A DNA stretch of 64,000 nt from Eledone cirrhosa. Lineage: Eukaryota. The translations under genes were made by a program, and so were the position numbers. Within the stretch, counting starts at the first letter, position 1. Every line of letters starts with the position of its first letter. Shown one piece after another: positions 13,650 to 27,779 of the stretch. The stretch covers positions 269,576,001 through 269,640,000 of the forward strand of contig OZ024740.1 in the NCBI GenBank assembly GCA_964016885.1, in the 5' to 3' direction. The notes under the pieces are model-generated. The model did not search any database, was not told the origin of the DNA, and saw only the letters and a program-made list of their open reading frames with translations.

Positions 13650-14438
13650 GTGTGTGGTGAAGACATTAACAATAATTCTCTTAATAAACATCAGGATACA
13701 TCCTATAAAAACAATAAACAACATCGAAACCGTAATAGACGAGTTACTTGGTATAATGCTCCATTTAATTTACAAATTAAGGATAATATACCTAAACAAT
13801 TCTTTAATATCCTAGAGAAGAACTTCCCGCCAAACCACAAATACCATCAAATTTTAAATAGATCAACGGTTAAATTCTCCTACTCAACAACCAAAAACAT
13901 AAAACAAAATATAAGTGCCTACAATGCATATAAATGTAAAAAAACTATGAGTATACCACCAGTACATCAAACTAACCATAATATCTCCTCTGATAGAGGA
14001 TTCACGAAAAGTTGTAACTGTAGAAACAAAGCAAACTGCCCATTAAAAGGAAATTGCCTTGTCAATAACATAGTATATAAATGTAAAGTTAACACTAAGG
14101 ACTCAATTTATTCATATATAGGAGCTACCTCTAACAAATTTAAGGTAAGATTTAATACCCACAAACATAGTTTTAAAAATGCCGCATTAGCTAATACAAC
14201 ATCTCTAGCTGAAATAATTAATAATTATAGAAAGAGGAATATAGATTATGACCTAACTTGGAGTGTGCTCAAAAGGGCCATCCCTTATCAAAATAATAGA
14301 TATGAATGTAGATTATGTTCCCAAGAACTTTTTGAAATAATGAAATCTAAGGATATCCTATTAAATAAGCGACAGGAATGAATAATATCGTGTAATCATA
14401 AACTGAGAAAAACGTTTAAATATTATAAACCTAATTAA
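13650..14438 (+). pseudogene. PLE linker, Zn-finger and GIY-YIG endonuclease
   Basis: VTWYNAPF, CNCR..CPLKGNC, IVYKC...YIGATSNKFKVRFNTH, CRLC..E...LLNKRQE*IISCNH; in-frame TGA at 14379. Confidence 0.9.
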
Positions 14439-14673
14439 TATACACTTTAGAAATTAATATAAAAACTATTTTCAATTTAGTTAACCTATATTTAATATTC
14501 TACTACTGATGAACTACATAATTTCACTTTCCTTCTTACAACTATCTTTTCCTAAAATTGATACCATTAAGTAAACATATATAATGTTTTAATTTCAGGT
14601 TATGATTCTATGTTCCTTGAAATCTCTATATATTTATTATTTCTCACTAATAAATTTAACCCCCTCCCCCCAA

Positions 14674-14704
<31 letters not shown>

Positions 14705-15411
14705 TCTTTTTATATTTATTTAATTTCCCCTCGTCTTTAACAGCACTCTTCAAATACATCTAACTGTTATTTATCATATCTATATGCATTAATGTAATTT
14801 TATCAATATAAATATACCCATCAATTAAATTAATTTATATTATTTTCATAGATGTAAATTCCATATATATTTTTTTCACTAACACTTTTATCGTAACATC
14901 TTAGTCTCCTTAGATATTTACATTGGCATTATTCTTTTATAACAGCAACTTTTCGTGTTACTTTTTACTGACCTGACCTATTTTCACCCCTAAAATAAAC
15001 TTTTCATTCTTCATACTCCTTCCATTCAAAACTGAAATCTGCCTTCTTCTACCCCAAAACAAATTTCAATTACTACTATTTTACCATTTGGCCAATTATT
15101 ACCTTTCTATTGGTTAATTCAAAACCTGTTCCCAAACAAACCTACTATATTAAATCTTTGTTGGTTTTATTCAATGAACAAATATAATTATTTCTGAGGT
15201 CAGCATATGACCTATTCTCATCCCTAAAATAATCTTTCATTCATAATATACTTTCCATCCAAAACTGAAATCTACCTTCCTCTACCCATAAATTAAGGTT
15301 ATTTTACTACTATATTACTATCTTGACCTTCACTATCTTTCTATTGGTCAATTCAGGTCCCAAACAGACCTATTCTATTAAATCTTTGTTGGTTTTTTCA
15401 ATAAACAAATA

Positions 15412-15549
15412 TCATTATTTCTGAAGACAGCATATATATGTGTAGGTATGTATATTCCCTCTGATAGTTTGTAAAAATTTTACATAGATCTATAGGATAT
15501 GCATACCAACACTAACATATATATCCTAGAAACGATCGTAAAATGATGA
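15412..15549 (+). ncRNA. Type I hammerhead ribozyme motif with long stem II
   Basis: Stem I tcattattt/aaatgatga (9 bp); CTGAAGA 15421-15427; GAAAC-GATC-GTA 15529-15540. Confidence 0.72.
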
Positions 15550-15597
15550 ATTTTTTAATATAAGGAACTGTTTCTTTGTTTATTCATTATTTTATTA

Positions 15598-15678
<81 letters not shown>

Positions 15679-15699
15679 CATATAAATATAATATTAACA

Positions 15700-15882
15700 A
15701 TAATTGATTCTAACTTTGGCACAAGGCCAGCAATTATCCCAATGCATTACTGGGACTTTATTTTATCGATCCCGTAAGGATGAAAGGCAAAGTTAATCTT
15801 GACGGGATTTGAACTCAGAACGTAAAGGGCCATAACGCTATGCTGCAAGGCATGGTGTCTGACGCTCTTCCGATATTGCCAG
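15700..15882 (-). mobile_element. SINE family A
   Basis: Family core on the minus strand. Confidence 0.85.
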
Positions 15883-15959
15883 TAATAACAATAGTATGGA
15901 CGAGGTGTCAAATTTTCATTACATTCATTGGTGAACCTACGGTAACTTGACCTTGCAAT

Positions 15960-16015
<56 letters not shown>

Positions 16016-16322
16016 CTCTTTTTTTTTGCTTTCCTGCTCTACAAATTAGCGAACAAAATAATCCATGAAAAAATAAAAGGAGAAAAACTCACAATTTGGT
16101 GAAAAGTTTTAATTTAACGATCATTTCACAATTAGTCATTTCATCACACTATTGTTACATTATGAAGAAATACCATAATTTGTTGTTAAGATTTCACAAA
16201 AATATACATGACAAGAAAAATAAAATACATGAGAGATGATGAAAAGGAGAACATTTATATATAGATACCCATATAAATATATATATATATATATATACAC
16301 ATATCTTTATAAATATATATAT

Positions 16323-16405
<83 letters not shown>

Positions 16406-16452
16406 CACACACATATATATATATATACACACACATATATATATATATATAT

Positions 16453-16579
<127 letters not shown>

Positions 16580-16670
16580 GGGTGTGGTAAAACTCTTATT
16601 TCCTAATGTTTGTTGAGTGAGTTGGAATTTGGCCGGAGTATCGTTAAAAAGCTTTCTCCGATATTGTATT

Positions 16671-16703
<33 letters not shown>

Positions 16704-16709
<6 letters not shown>

Positions 16710-16850
16710 GTGGTAAAACCAGCTCGACCATAACCCAGCAGAGTATTTGATACTTGGGGTAGTAGAGTGGGTAATATGAACAGTTTCAGGACACCCCGAC
16801 AGCTGAGCTCAAGGCCGTTTCAGCCGACGAAACGGCCGCAGCCCAGCCAT
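16704..16850. mobile_element. Hammerhead-family-A PLE terminus stub with fold-back
   Basis: Same subfamily as 8256-8430; starts in (TA)n. Confidence 0.7.
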
Positions 16851-17030
16851 CCCAATCGTAAAGTTGTGAATTCGATTCCTGGACCAGGCGATGCGTTATG
16901 TCCTTGAGCAAGACACTTTATTTCACGTTGCTCCTTCTACCTGGAGTTGCGACCGATATATAGTATTAGCAATTGGAAAGACAACGGAAACATTGTTCCC
17001 TAGGTCCGATTTGACGAAAGTCGATCGTTC
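16851..17030 (+). mobile_element. tRNA-derived SINE family B, 5'-truncated
   Basis: Near-identical to ~34922-35100. Confidence 0.85.
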
Positions 17031-17033
17031 CTA

Positions 17034-17300
17034 TATATAATATAAAACGAAAAATCTGAACTCAATTTATTGTGTCTTACAATCGTTTCGCCTGCGGACA
17101 GCTCGAGACACGATCATTGTGTGGATCTGTCTGATTCTGGATCTGCAGGTTCGACGGATACGTCTAATGATCATTTAGATGTGTCACAATTGTAACACAC
17201 AATAAATTGAGTTCAGATGCATCACTGATTTTTCGTTTTATATTATATTATACTCTGCTCTGTAAGAGCATAGAGTGCTCAACCGGCATACCGCCTATGG
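17034..17300. mobile_element. Inverted PLE-terminus pair (CCGANGA family)
   Basis: Arms tataatataaaacgaaaaatc/gatttttcgttttatattata and tgaactcaatttattgtgt/acacaataaattgagttca; minus-strand GAAAC GATT GTA. Confidence 0.65.
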
Positions 17301-17332
17301 AAGCATCTTAGCTACCATCAGACATACACACG

Positions 17333-17382
<50 letters not shown>

Positions 17383-17393
17383 CATTTGTGTAA

Positions 17394-17444
<51 letters not shown>

Positions 17445-17451
17445 TATATAT

Positions 17452-17828
17452 ATATTGTTATACTTGGGGAGGGTCATATTTGCGTAATATTGCCAGAATT
17501 AATAACAGAACACACTCACTGTTTGGTTGGTTTTCGCTTCTCGCTGTCTTTTATTATATCTGCGATCTAACTTACTCGGTCCTCAATGTTGCCATTGACT
17601 GACCGGCGGTCAAAAATAATACAGATACAATATAGACACAAACACATATATATATATATAGTTTACATAATTTACATAAATCTTTCGTTGCACATCTGCA
17701 ACATCGTCAGTGGTGTTATATTCATTGTTCCTCCTGTTGTGTTGTATGTCTACGCCATTTTGTATTCAGTCTGTCTATTAATTCTGGCAATATTACGCAA
17801 ATATGACCCTCCCCAAGTATAACAATAT
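17452..17828. mobile_element. Fold-back element with ~55-bp inverted arms between (TA)n tracts and an internal partial hammerhead
   Basis: atattgttatacttggggagggtcatatttgcgtaatattgccagaattaata is inverted at ~17776-17828; minus-strand CTGACGA-T-GTTGCA-gatg-TGCAAC-GAAA at 17683-17710. Confidence 0.65.
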
Positions 17829-17880
17829 CTGTTTCGACACACGATTTCATATAAAAAACCTCGCAAAACTAATCATCGCC

Positions 17881-18018
<138 letters not shown>

Positions 18019-18077
18019 ATTTATATATATATATATATATATATGCATATATATATTTATATTTATATATATATATA

Positions 18078-18117
<40 letters not shown>

Positions 18118-18225
18118 CATATATATATATATATAAGCCTCCGTATGAGCACTCGATGCCCTAATAGAGCAGAGTATGATATCACTGAAAAAGAGAATCA
18201 GTGTTGCGACGAGAAGAATTTATTG

Positions 18226-18321
18226 AACATATTACAATTGTTTCTCGGGCGATCAGCTCGAGGCACGATCGATGGCGGTGATCAAACCGGACTCTGAAAT
18301 AGAGCGGTCCTCGGATACATC
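18226..18321 (-). ncRNA. Type I hammerhead-like motif with CCGAGGA core
   Basis: gatgtat-CCGAGGA-(stem II region)-GAAAC AATT GTA-atatgtt; inverted partner at 18496-18590 has CCGAAGA with a damaged GAAAC. Confidence 0.6.
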
Positions 18322-18631
18322 TCGAGTCTATGGAGCAGATTTTCCTATAAGTGTATGTATGTGTGTGTATATATATATCTTTATCTCTAATTTTACATAT
18401 GTACGCATTTATGTATATCTGATTCTGTGTGTACATGTCTTTTTTTCCGTTACGAAGCAGATTTTCCTATGGGAAAATCTGCTTTGTAGAATCGAGACGT
18501 ATCCGAAGACCGCACGATTTCAGAGTCAGGTTTGTTCACCCCATCGATCGTCCCTCGAGCTGATCGCCCGAGAGAGAATTGTAATATGTCCAATAAATTC
18601 CTTTCGTTGCAACACTGATTCTCTTTTTTCT

Positions 18632-18879
<248 letters not shown>

Positions 18880-18907
18880 TATGTATATATATACATATAC
18901 ATATACA

Positions 18908-18953
<46 letters not shown>

Positions 18954-18954
18954 C

Positions 18955-19160
18955 GTAGGTCCCGGGTTGAGTCGGGGATAACCACAGTAAGTAAGGTACT
19001 CAATACATGGCAGAGTAAATTTTTTTTATTTTATAGAAGGAGCTTCTACAGGACTAGTACTGTTTCATTCAGATGAAATCTTCAGGAAGCATATTGAGCT
19101 TCCTGAAGATTTCATCTGAATGAAACAGTACTAGTCCTGTAGAAGCCCCTTCTATAAAAT
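18955..19160. mobile_element. Palindromic PLE-terminus element with two opposed hammerheads
   Basis: Arms ~19028-19090 and ~19098-19160; plus strand gcttc-CTGAAGA(19103)-tttcatctgaat-GAAAC agtacta GTC-ctgta-gaagc; related copy at 54217-54410. Confidence 0.75.
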
Positions 19161-19191
<31 letters not shown>

Positions 19192-19277
19192 CATACATAT
19201 GTGTTTATATATATATATATATATATACATATACATATGTGTGTTTATGTATATATATATATACACACACACATATG

Positions 19278-19357
<80 letters not shown>

Positions 19358-19907
19358 CGTACATATATACATATATACATATATACATATATATATTCAA
19401 TTATGTAATAAACAATAAAATATAACTATTCCATTACACAAGGTTTCACGAAGTCAGACGATTCTAGCAGAGACGCCTGAAGTCGTTCACCAGAAGGAAT
19501 CTTTATTTGAATATTAGATATGAAATTAAAATCTATTATAAATGAAAGTGAGGCTGAAAGAAAATAACAGAAAAAGTACATGTACACACAGTATCAGATA
19601 TACATAGACGCGCACATACGTGGAATTAGGGACAACGGTATATTTACTCACATACATACACGTATACGAAGATGTATATATATTTTATGTATATGAATGT
19701 TTGTATGTATATACGTACATCTTCATATAAGTGTGTCTATGTGTGTGTATATATATATATATATCTTTATCCCTAATTTTACGTATTTGCGCATCCATGT
19801 TTTACGTATTTGTGCATCCATGTATATCTGAATCTGTGTGTACTTTTTTTCCGTTAATTATATCAGCCTCACTTTCATTTATAATAGATTTTAATACTCA
19901 AATAAAG

Positions 19908-19980
19908 ATTCCTTCTGATGAGTGATATTAGACGTTTCTGTTAGAATCGTCTAACTTCGTGAAACCTTGTGTAATGGAAT
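19908..19980 (+). ncRNA. Type I hammerhead ribozyme motif; inverted partner at 19428-19500
   Basis: attcctt-CTGATGA(19915)-gtga..ttagacg..cgtctaa..tcgt-GAAAC cttgt GTA-atggaat. Confidence 0.78.
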
Positions 19981-20074
19981 AATTATATTGTGTTGTTTAT
20001 TACATAATTAAGTAGCTCTGTACTATACATATAGCACTCTTCTTACCTTTACCTTTTCCACGGAAATATTTAAC

Positions 20075-20108
<34 letters not shown>

Positions 20109-20178
20109 GTATATATATATATATACATACACACACATAACTATATATATATATATACATACACACACACACACAATA

Positions 20179-20269
<91 letters not shown>

Positions 20270-20297
20270 ATATATATATATATATATACACAATTTT

Positions 20298-21716
20298 TTA
20301 ACTCTCCGTTTTGACATTTTCAAGAATGTCAGTCTTGGATTTTTCGTTACTTAAAATTTCATTTTCATCAATACCTATTTTTTCACAGAACAAATCGTCG
20401 CAACCACCATCTGTTTTATGTTTCGTGAGGTTTTCGTGTTTGTTGATCGTATTTTTTCGGTACAGAGAGTTAGCGTCAAACGAAGAATGAGAAGAGTATC
20501 GCGAGAGTATACTTGCATGTGTTGCTGTAGTTGATGATGTCATATCTATAACGTCAGTCGTAGTTCCTTGCAGCTTCTGTGATTTGCTGCATCTTCTCGC
20601 TGTCGATTGTGGGTTGATAACTGTTCCCTGGTACGTTAGTGAACTGAAATCTTCTTCCGGAATCAGACAACGGCAGAATGTTCGGATAAAAATTCGCCGA
20701 AATTTTTGTCCAAAAGCGCAGTATAACATAAAGTTAATAGCACTGTTGACTGTTACCAAATAATTTCTTATAAAAGAGAAAATGATCCAGCCTGATGTCG
20801 TAGATACCATTTTGCTATCAATAGCGTAAGCTGTATTGTATATGAGTGCAGGGACTTGGCAAATCATGAAAACTATGACAACAGATACAAGCATTAATGT
20901 GACGTTGTTTTCTCTCGATTGACGTACGTTCATGTCACGACGTTGACGTTGTGATCTTTTCACGGCAAGAATGAGGAATATATTAATGACGGCTAAAGAT
21001 GTCAACGGAATAAAGCACATAATTGGTAGATAGAGACATAAGAAATAGATTTTATGGTATATTTTACTTTCCCCCATTTCGGTTTTTTTTCCGTTCACTA
21101 GAATTGTGTGATCTGCAGGATTAAGTTGATACTCTATTTCATATTCGAACCAGCGTGACGCGTTATAGACAAATGAGAAAACAGATACAGACAGTATTAC
21201 CATACGAGCTCTTGCCATGGTACACATGCTAGCAGCCCTGAGTGGATGGCATACAGCTATATAGCGTTCAACAGTGAACGAAACAGTTAACCAAATAGTT
21301 GCTGTTTGGCCAACTAAACCAGCAGGATAAGCATATACAATGACATAGGGTAAAACTTGTTCTCTGTAAGATTTAGATACAGCTGGAATTCCAATCAGAA
21401 AGAAAGTAATAATCAAAACAACACTGTCCCACATTGCCAATGCTCTAAGGTAACAGTTTGTTGATGAATGCATCGTTCGTTTTGTAAGTACAGCAATGGT
21501 TAATATGTTTCCAATGAGTCCCAGTGATATAATTACAATTGATGCTACGCCTGTGAGGTAAAATTCAACCAATTGTATTTCGTCGAAATGAGCCGGCAAA
21601 GGTGTAGGGAATACATTAGATCCATTCACTAAGCTTACATTCCAACCAAAGACGTACTTTAGATTCGAACCAACAACTACATTGGAATGATTAGTGTTGT
21701 CCATAAAAACTTCCAT
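20298..21716 (-). CDS. Class A (rhodopsin-like) neuropeptide GPCR, FMRFamide/sex-peptide-receptor-like, 472 aa
   Basis: Seven hydrophobic segments; GNILT (TM1), [14 protein letters not shown] (TM2), [13 protein letters not shown] (TM3), FMICQVP (TM6), [15 protein letters not shown] (TM7/H8); intact uninterrupted ORF. Confidence 0.95.
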   Translation of the reverse strand: MEVFMDNTNHSNVVVGSNLKYVFGWNVSLVNGSNVFPTPLPAHFDEIQLVEFYLTGVASIVIISLGLIGNILTIAVLTKRTMHSSTNCYLRALAMWDSVVLIITFFLIGIPAVSKSYREQVLPYVIVYAYPAGLVGQTATIWLTVSFTVERYIAVCHPLRAASMCTMARARMVILSVSVFSFVYNASRWFEYEIEYQLNPADHTILVNGKKTEMGESKIYHKIYFLCLYLPIMCFIPLTSLAVINIFLILAVKRSQRQRRDMNVRQSRENNVTLMLVSVVIVFMICQVPALIYNTAYAIDSKMVSTTSGWIIFSFIRNYLVTVNSAINFMLYCAFGQKFRRIFIRTFCRCLIPEEDFSSLTYQGTVINPQSTARRCSKSQKLQGTTTDVIDMTSSTTATHASILSRYSSHSSFDANSLYRKNTINKHENLTKHKTDGGCDDLFCEKIGIDENEILSNEKSKTDILENVKTES

Positions 21717-21880
21717 TTCGGCACAAAATCTATCACCGTTTCTTTTATATGCTTTTTTTGGCCTTTGTTAATTAGACTTTAGCAAAGAAATCTAACACTG
21801 TGATGATTATATCATCTTACTTAGGGTAATGTTTGTTGTCTCGGCTTCCATTTCATCCTTTTCTATAAACTGCATACATC

Positions 21881-21896
21881 CTGAAAATAGAGAATA
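21881..21896 (-). promoter_or_regulatory. Probable splice acceptor of the GPCR coding exon
   Basis: Minus strand attctctattttcag|gatg, 165 nt upstream of the ATG. Confidence 0.55.
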
Positions 21897-22533
21897 CTAA
21901 ATTTTGAAGACAAATAAAGAGCATTAAAATGAAATATTAAAAAAAAATGAAACTAATTTCATCTGTTTCCTATATTACTTTACAAATTATTTAATGATCA
22001 TACTGCATATAAAAATGCTTAATTCTGTGAGTCGAAAAACATGATTTGCATTTAAATATAATCTTAAAAAAACAATTATGATTAGATACATTTAGAGTAA
22101 AATTTTATATGTTTGTTGCTTTATTTTGATTGATTTTTGTTGAGATATCATAATTAATAATGTACAAAAATATTTCCATTTAAGAATCTACTGTAATTTA
22201 CATATTTTAGCATATATACTTGTTAATGTATCACGATCTATTGCTTGTCATTATTTTGTTAATTCTTTGTTTTCTTAATATAAACACAAAAAATAATTTT
22301 AATCGATATCTATTTTTCTCAGATTCTGAAAGACAAGAGCTCACTTTTCTATGATATATGAGAGTAGGCATGTAATGAATCTGGAATTGTGGAAACCGTA
22401 TTAGTATCAGTAGTCAGATTATTGAGAAAGAATGGAGGTCCTTTTGGCGGTGATGTTTGATACGCGTGCAATGAGTCGATAGTCATTAGAATAGAAAAGT
22501 ATTTTTTCCTTAAAAGGTAAAATACAGTTTCAC

Positions 22534-22570
<37 letters not shown>

Positions 22571-22574
22571 CTCA

Positions 22575-22622
<48 letters not shown>

Positions 22623-22783
22623 ATATCTCTCTCTCTCTCTCTCTACAGTATATATATAGAGAGAGATGTATGTATGTGTGGATGTATCCCTGTCGCATAC
22701 TCTCTCTTTCTCTCTCGCTCTCTCTCTCTTTATCTATCTTCTATCTATCTAACTAAATAATACACATACACAACACAATACTT

Positions 22784-22817
<34 letters not shown>

Positions 22818-22982
22818 CATATGTATATATTACCACGTACACGTGCCCATTCACACGACTAGATATGTATACCACCACGCCACTCTCAAGAGCGTGAAAC
22901 TAATAAACCTTTGTTCGTACTACCTCTCTGTTTTGTTCCCGTTCAATTTTTCACTATATATATATTATATATATAATATAGC

Positions 22983-23015
<33 letters not shown>

Positions 23016-23057
23016 TAGATGAGAGAGAGAGAGAGAGGAGGAGAAATAGAGAGAGAG

Positions 23058-23131
<74 letters not shown>

Positions 23132-23629
23132 GAGAGAGGGGAAGAGCGAGACAGTTAGAGGGAGAGAGTGATAACTACACACATACACACACACATACAT
23201 TCTGAGGGTATCTTCAGGGGTGTTCTGTTATAAACAAATAATTACCTGAATCCAGGACTAAAATTAGAACAGGATTCGTCAGTAGATGACTTTGCTTTAA
23301 CTATGTAGCATATTGATTTCTAGCATTTGCATGTTATTTGATAAAAGGAATGGTCAATTAAATTGAGAGCAGTACTTGATTGGTATATATTTATCAGCCA
23401 CCGCAAGATGAAAGTCAAACGCTAGATTGGTAAGGCATTAAATGTGAATCTAAAAATAGTTTACTTCCTACTAGAAAACATCTGCCTAATATGCCAATTT
23501 CCGATACCCACCACATTTAATAATGGTTCTTAAGATAGTCATAAGACCAGCATTTTGGAAGAGAATTTAATTGATTAAATAGACTCCAGTAATGATGTGC
23601 AATAAAAAAATAATAGAAATAATGATAAG

Positions 23630-24170
23630 GATTTCTACTATAGGCACAAGGCCAGTCATTTTGGGGGGAGGGGAGAGTCGATTAAATCGACCCCAGTGCA
23701 TTACTGGTACTTTGTTTTATCGACCCCAGGGCGGGATGTGAACTCAGACCGTAAAGGGACGTAACTCTATGCTACAAAGCATGGCGTTTGATCTACTATC
23801 GATACTGCCAACCCACTCACCCGATAATAATAATAATTATTTATTTCTATTTTTGGCACAAGGCCAGCAATTATCCCAGTACATTACTGGTACTTTATTT
23901 TATCGACCCCGTAAGGATGAAAGGCAAAGTTAACCTCGGCGGGATTTGAACTCAGACCGTAAAGGGACGTAACTCTATGCTACAAAGCATGGCGTTTGAT
24001 CTTCTATCGATACTGCCAACCGACTCACCCGATAATAATAATAATTATTATTTCTATTTTTGGCACAAGGCCAGCAATTATCCCAGTGCATAACTGGTAC
24101 TTTATTTTATCGACCCCCGTAAGGATGAAAGGCAAAGTTAACCTCGGCGGGATTTGAACTCAGACCGCAT
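23630..24170 (-). mobile_element. Three tandem SINE family A copies
   Basis: Core repeats three times with ~210-nt period and shared junction ctcacccgataataataata. Confidence 0.85.
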
Positions 24171-24420
24171 AATAATAATAATAATAATAATAATGGTTTC
24201 TGATTTAGGGACAAAGCCAACAACTTTGGGTGAAAGAGAAAGTCGATTAAATCGATCTCAGTATGTTACTGGTACTTTTTATTATCGACACCACTTGCAT
24301 TCCGGCTGTGCATGTCACTCCAGCTCATGAAAATTAAAAACCCAAATCCCAGGACATACAAACATAAGCAGCATAAAAAATAGCCCTACTAGACACTGCA
24401 CACATATTACGAAGAGTACT

Positions 24421-24728
24421 AACACTACAATAAAAAATAACAACATTGTACATACCCAAGGCACACAGAGTTGTCCACTGTAACACAGTACAAACACACA
24501 ATAAAAAATAACAACATTGTACATACCCAAGGCACACAGAGTTGTCCACTGTAACACAGTACAAACACTACAATAAAACATAACAACATTGTACATACCC
24601 AAGGCACACAGAGTTGTCCACTGTAACACAGTACAAACACTACAATAAAACATAACAACATTGTACATACCCAAGGCACACAGAGTTGTCCACTGTAACA
24701 CAGTACAAACACACAATAAAACATAAAA
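24421..24728. repeat. 71-72-bp minisatellite, ~4.3 copies
   Basis: cccaaggcacacagagttgtccactgtaacacagtacaa at 24455, 24526, 24598 and 24670. Confidence 0.93.
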
Positions 24729-24759
24729 ATAGTAATAAGAATGATAATAAATTTAGAAT

Positions 24760-25667
24760 TAACCTCCTGGTGTGGAAGGTTTTGCAGGAGCATAGGATCG
24801 ATACAAAGCTTCTTGTTGCCTTGATGTCTCAGTACGAATGCCCTAGTATTTGTGTTCGTATGAATGGTGCGAAGTCTAAACCATTCAATGTGGTTGCTGG
24901 ACTCCACCAAGCGTACGTACTGTCACCTTCTCCTTTTTATAATCTTTATAGCGTGATTTGGCATGAGCAGTCGGGCTGCAAATGGTGTCGCTACTGGCGG
25001 GTGTAGGATCCGTCGGATGGAATTTACAGACGACATAGTACCCACTTAATTTGTCAGAATATCATCTGCGTCATGAACTTGGTAGGTTTGCTACCAAGTG
25101 CTGCACTGCAGGAATGAAATTCTGTATTCATGCCACCTCTTACCTATGGTCATCAATCATGAATAATAGTCGAAAGAATACGTTCGCGAATACAAGCAAC
25201 TGAAATTAGTTTCTTCGGGTGGGTCTTTGGCGCAACGTTACTAATAGCGTGCATAACTCGGAGATCAGAGAGTGGCTCCAGGTAGAACCACTACTTTTCC
25301 GAATTGAGAGATCACAGCTCCGATGTTATAGGTATATTGCTAGAATGTCCCAGGAAAGAACCACTGGACATATTTTACTGGCAAAACCAACCGACATGGG
25401 ACCCAGGGGTAGAGCCTGAGCAAGATGTTTGGACAACATCGATGAGCTTGACCGGTCTCACTTGGGGATCCAGGCGGATCAGTTGGAGACGATTGCTTCT
25501 GACAAGATCCACCGGAAGGAATGTTTGAGGACTCTGTCCCACACGACTCTCTCAAGAAGAAGAAGAAGAAGAAGAAGAAGAAGAAGAAGAAGAAGAAGAA
25601 GAAGAAGAAGAAGAAGAAGAAGAAGAAGAAGAAGAAGAAGAAGAAGAAGAAGAAGAAGAAGAAGAAG
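24760..25667 (+). mobile_element. RTE-clade LINE 3' fragment with (AAG)n tail
   Basis: WKVLQEHRID...VRMNGAKSKPFNVVAGLHQAYVLSP; IERSQLR...RMSQER...PRGR; tail at 25554-25667. Confidence 0.85.
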
Positions 25668-27473
25668 GGAAATGTGGCCTTATGCAACTAGAAGACTATT
25701 ATAAAATTACTAACTCTAGGATTATAATAACAAGTAATAACGCCAATGAAAACAATAACAAGTTAATAAAATGGCTACGAAATTTAAAACAAAAAAACTG
25801 TTTCTGTCTTCGTGGAAGTCAACAATTTTTAAACAAAAACTGAATTAACAGCTGAGGATAAGTTTTATTTTTATTTGGTTAAACATACATAAGTAGAAGC
25901 AGCATTGGAAACATCTATAAATGCCATAAATGAGTGGAAATGAGGAGAAGAGCAAGGTCTACCAGACAAAGGAAGAAAGAAAGATGGAAGAGGAGAGAGT
26001 GACAGATTCTACACCTAGGTCAAAGCGGTGTTTCGGCTGCGCCTCACGAAGAAAAGGGCAAAGGCATTTCCGCGGATAATGGAAATGGAAACAAAGAAGA
26101 AATACGAGAAACTGCAAAAAACTAAAATCTAACTTGAAAACAGAATGCTATGAGCAAGAAAAAGCCTACATGAGACCGAAAATAGCTGAATATGCAGGAA
26201 GTGCTGAAGCCAAATTCACAAAACAGGCAAAGAGTCGGTGCTGAAGCAACCAGGATAAATCATTACACTGAGAAAATAACTCACTTTCAGGAAAGCAGAT
26301 TTTCTGAATCAAATTAGATGAAGGTTTCCTATAACATGCCAGGGAATACAAAGAGAACATTAACCCGAAATGCTGGGGAAGTAATAGAATTCTTGGGGAC
26401 AATTTATTTGTACGGAATACACATGATTAAAATGTAAATTTGATAAAATTGGTTAAGACTTAAGTAGGAAATGCAGAGAAGTAATAACAATCTATAACGA
26501 AAAACCTGAAAAAGGTCGATTAAATCTACAATGAGAACATAGCTTTTCACATAAAAATGTTGAGGTGGTCATTATCGAGATGGAAAGCCTAATCGACCAA
26601 AACAGGTTTTTGGCTTTAATAAAAAATGACTATCATACTCCTAATATATATAGATAATTTAACATCACAATAACATTTTAACATTTTAGAAACTAGACTA
26701 TTCAATTAAAGCATTCATGTGTATATCGTTATTTTATTCGGAAGGCATCACGTTTCTGTATTTATATCAAACGTATTCTCCATATATACGCATCACAACA
26801 GTAATGCCACCTTATCCAATAAACAATGTTTGGTATTTCTCCTTATGGCATTACAGTTTTGATTGCTTCCAAGTCCCCGTTGTTCTTTGAAGTAAAGATT
26901 CTAAGATTTAAAAGTATAATGAGCAACACAATAACATGAAATTTAAGATGCGAGAAACTTTGTGTTAGGTGTTCCATAGAATCTACAAGCTATTATGTAA
27001 AAATCCTATCAGTAAGCTGCATTAATTCATTCGCCTTCTTTAAGTGACTGATTTATACTTTGTTGCTTTTGATGGTTTCTTTCATTAGACAGCGGATATG
27101 CTGGGCACTACTATGATTTAGTCGGTCATGTAAATCATAGTACTAATTGCAATGATCCATTTTGGGGGGCCGAACCGTTAAATGGAACATAAACATAGAC
27201 ATGGAAACACACAAGCCACCCCCACACATAAACACACACAAACGCACCGACACACACACACTCACACACACACTGACACACACTGACACACACTCACAGA
27301 CCCCCCCCCACATATATATGTATATATATATATATAATAAGACGTCGACGGGACTAGTATATGGTTTCCTTGCTAGTACCGGTTGTATCTCAGCGTACTA
27401 AATAAGTAAGGTTATGTAAAAATCCCAGAGTAGACACAGAGTTATTCGCCTCAATACAACACACGTAAATGGG

Positions 27474-27587
27474 TAGCCATATTCGAGTTTCGCCCACATT
27501 TAATGCAGCAAGAGAGCGTACAGCATCTACTGTCTGCATTTATTAATCATTAATGCATAATCGGCACGTGTGGCTTCATCAGCGGGT
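27474..27587 (-). ncRNA. Degenerate type I hammerhead with long stem II
   Basis: ccg-CTGATGA(27582-27576)-agccaca...tgtgggc-GAAAC TCGA ATA-tgg; one mismatch in stem III. Confidence 0.55.
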
Positions 27588-27779
27588 TTCACCTAATTAT
27601 AAATCAGTCGTTCGACAGAAGTCGATTTCAGTCCGTGCCGCCTATGGCAGTAAATACGACAGGTGACATAGATTGACTACTGATTCAGAAATTTACGTGA
27701 TGGCTAGGAGTCGAGATTCTATGCTTTGGCCCCTCCATAAGAACTCAACCATGAATATATATATATATGTGTGTGTGTG

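Larger units (their letters stand above)
10684..15603 (+). mobile_element. Penelope-like retroelement (Nematis-like), 5'-truncated, with inverted pLTR and flanked by (TA)n
   Basis: RT and GIY-YIG ORF remnants; 10812-12338 is the reverse complement of 14259-15603 apart from a SINE insertion; hammerhead in each arm. Confidence 0.92.
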
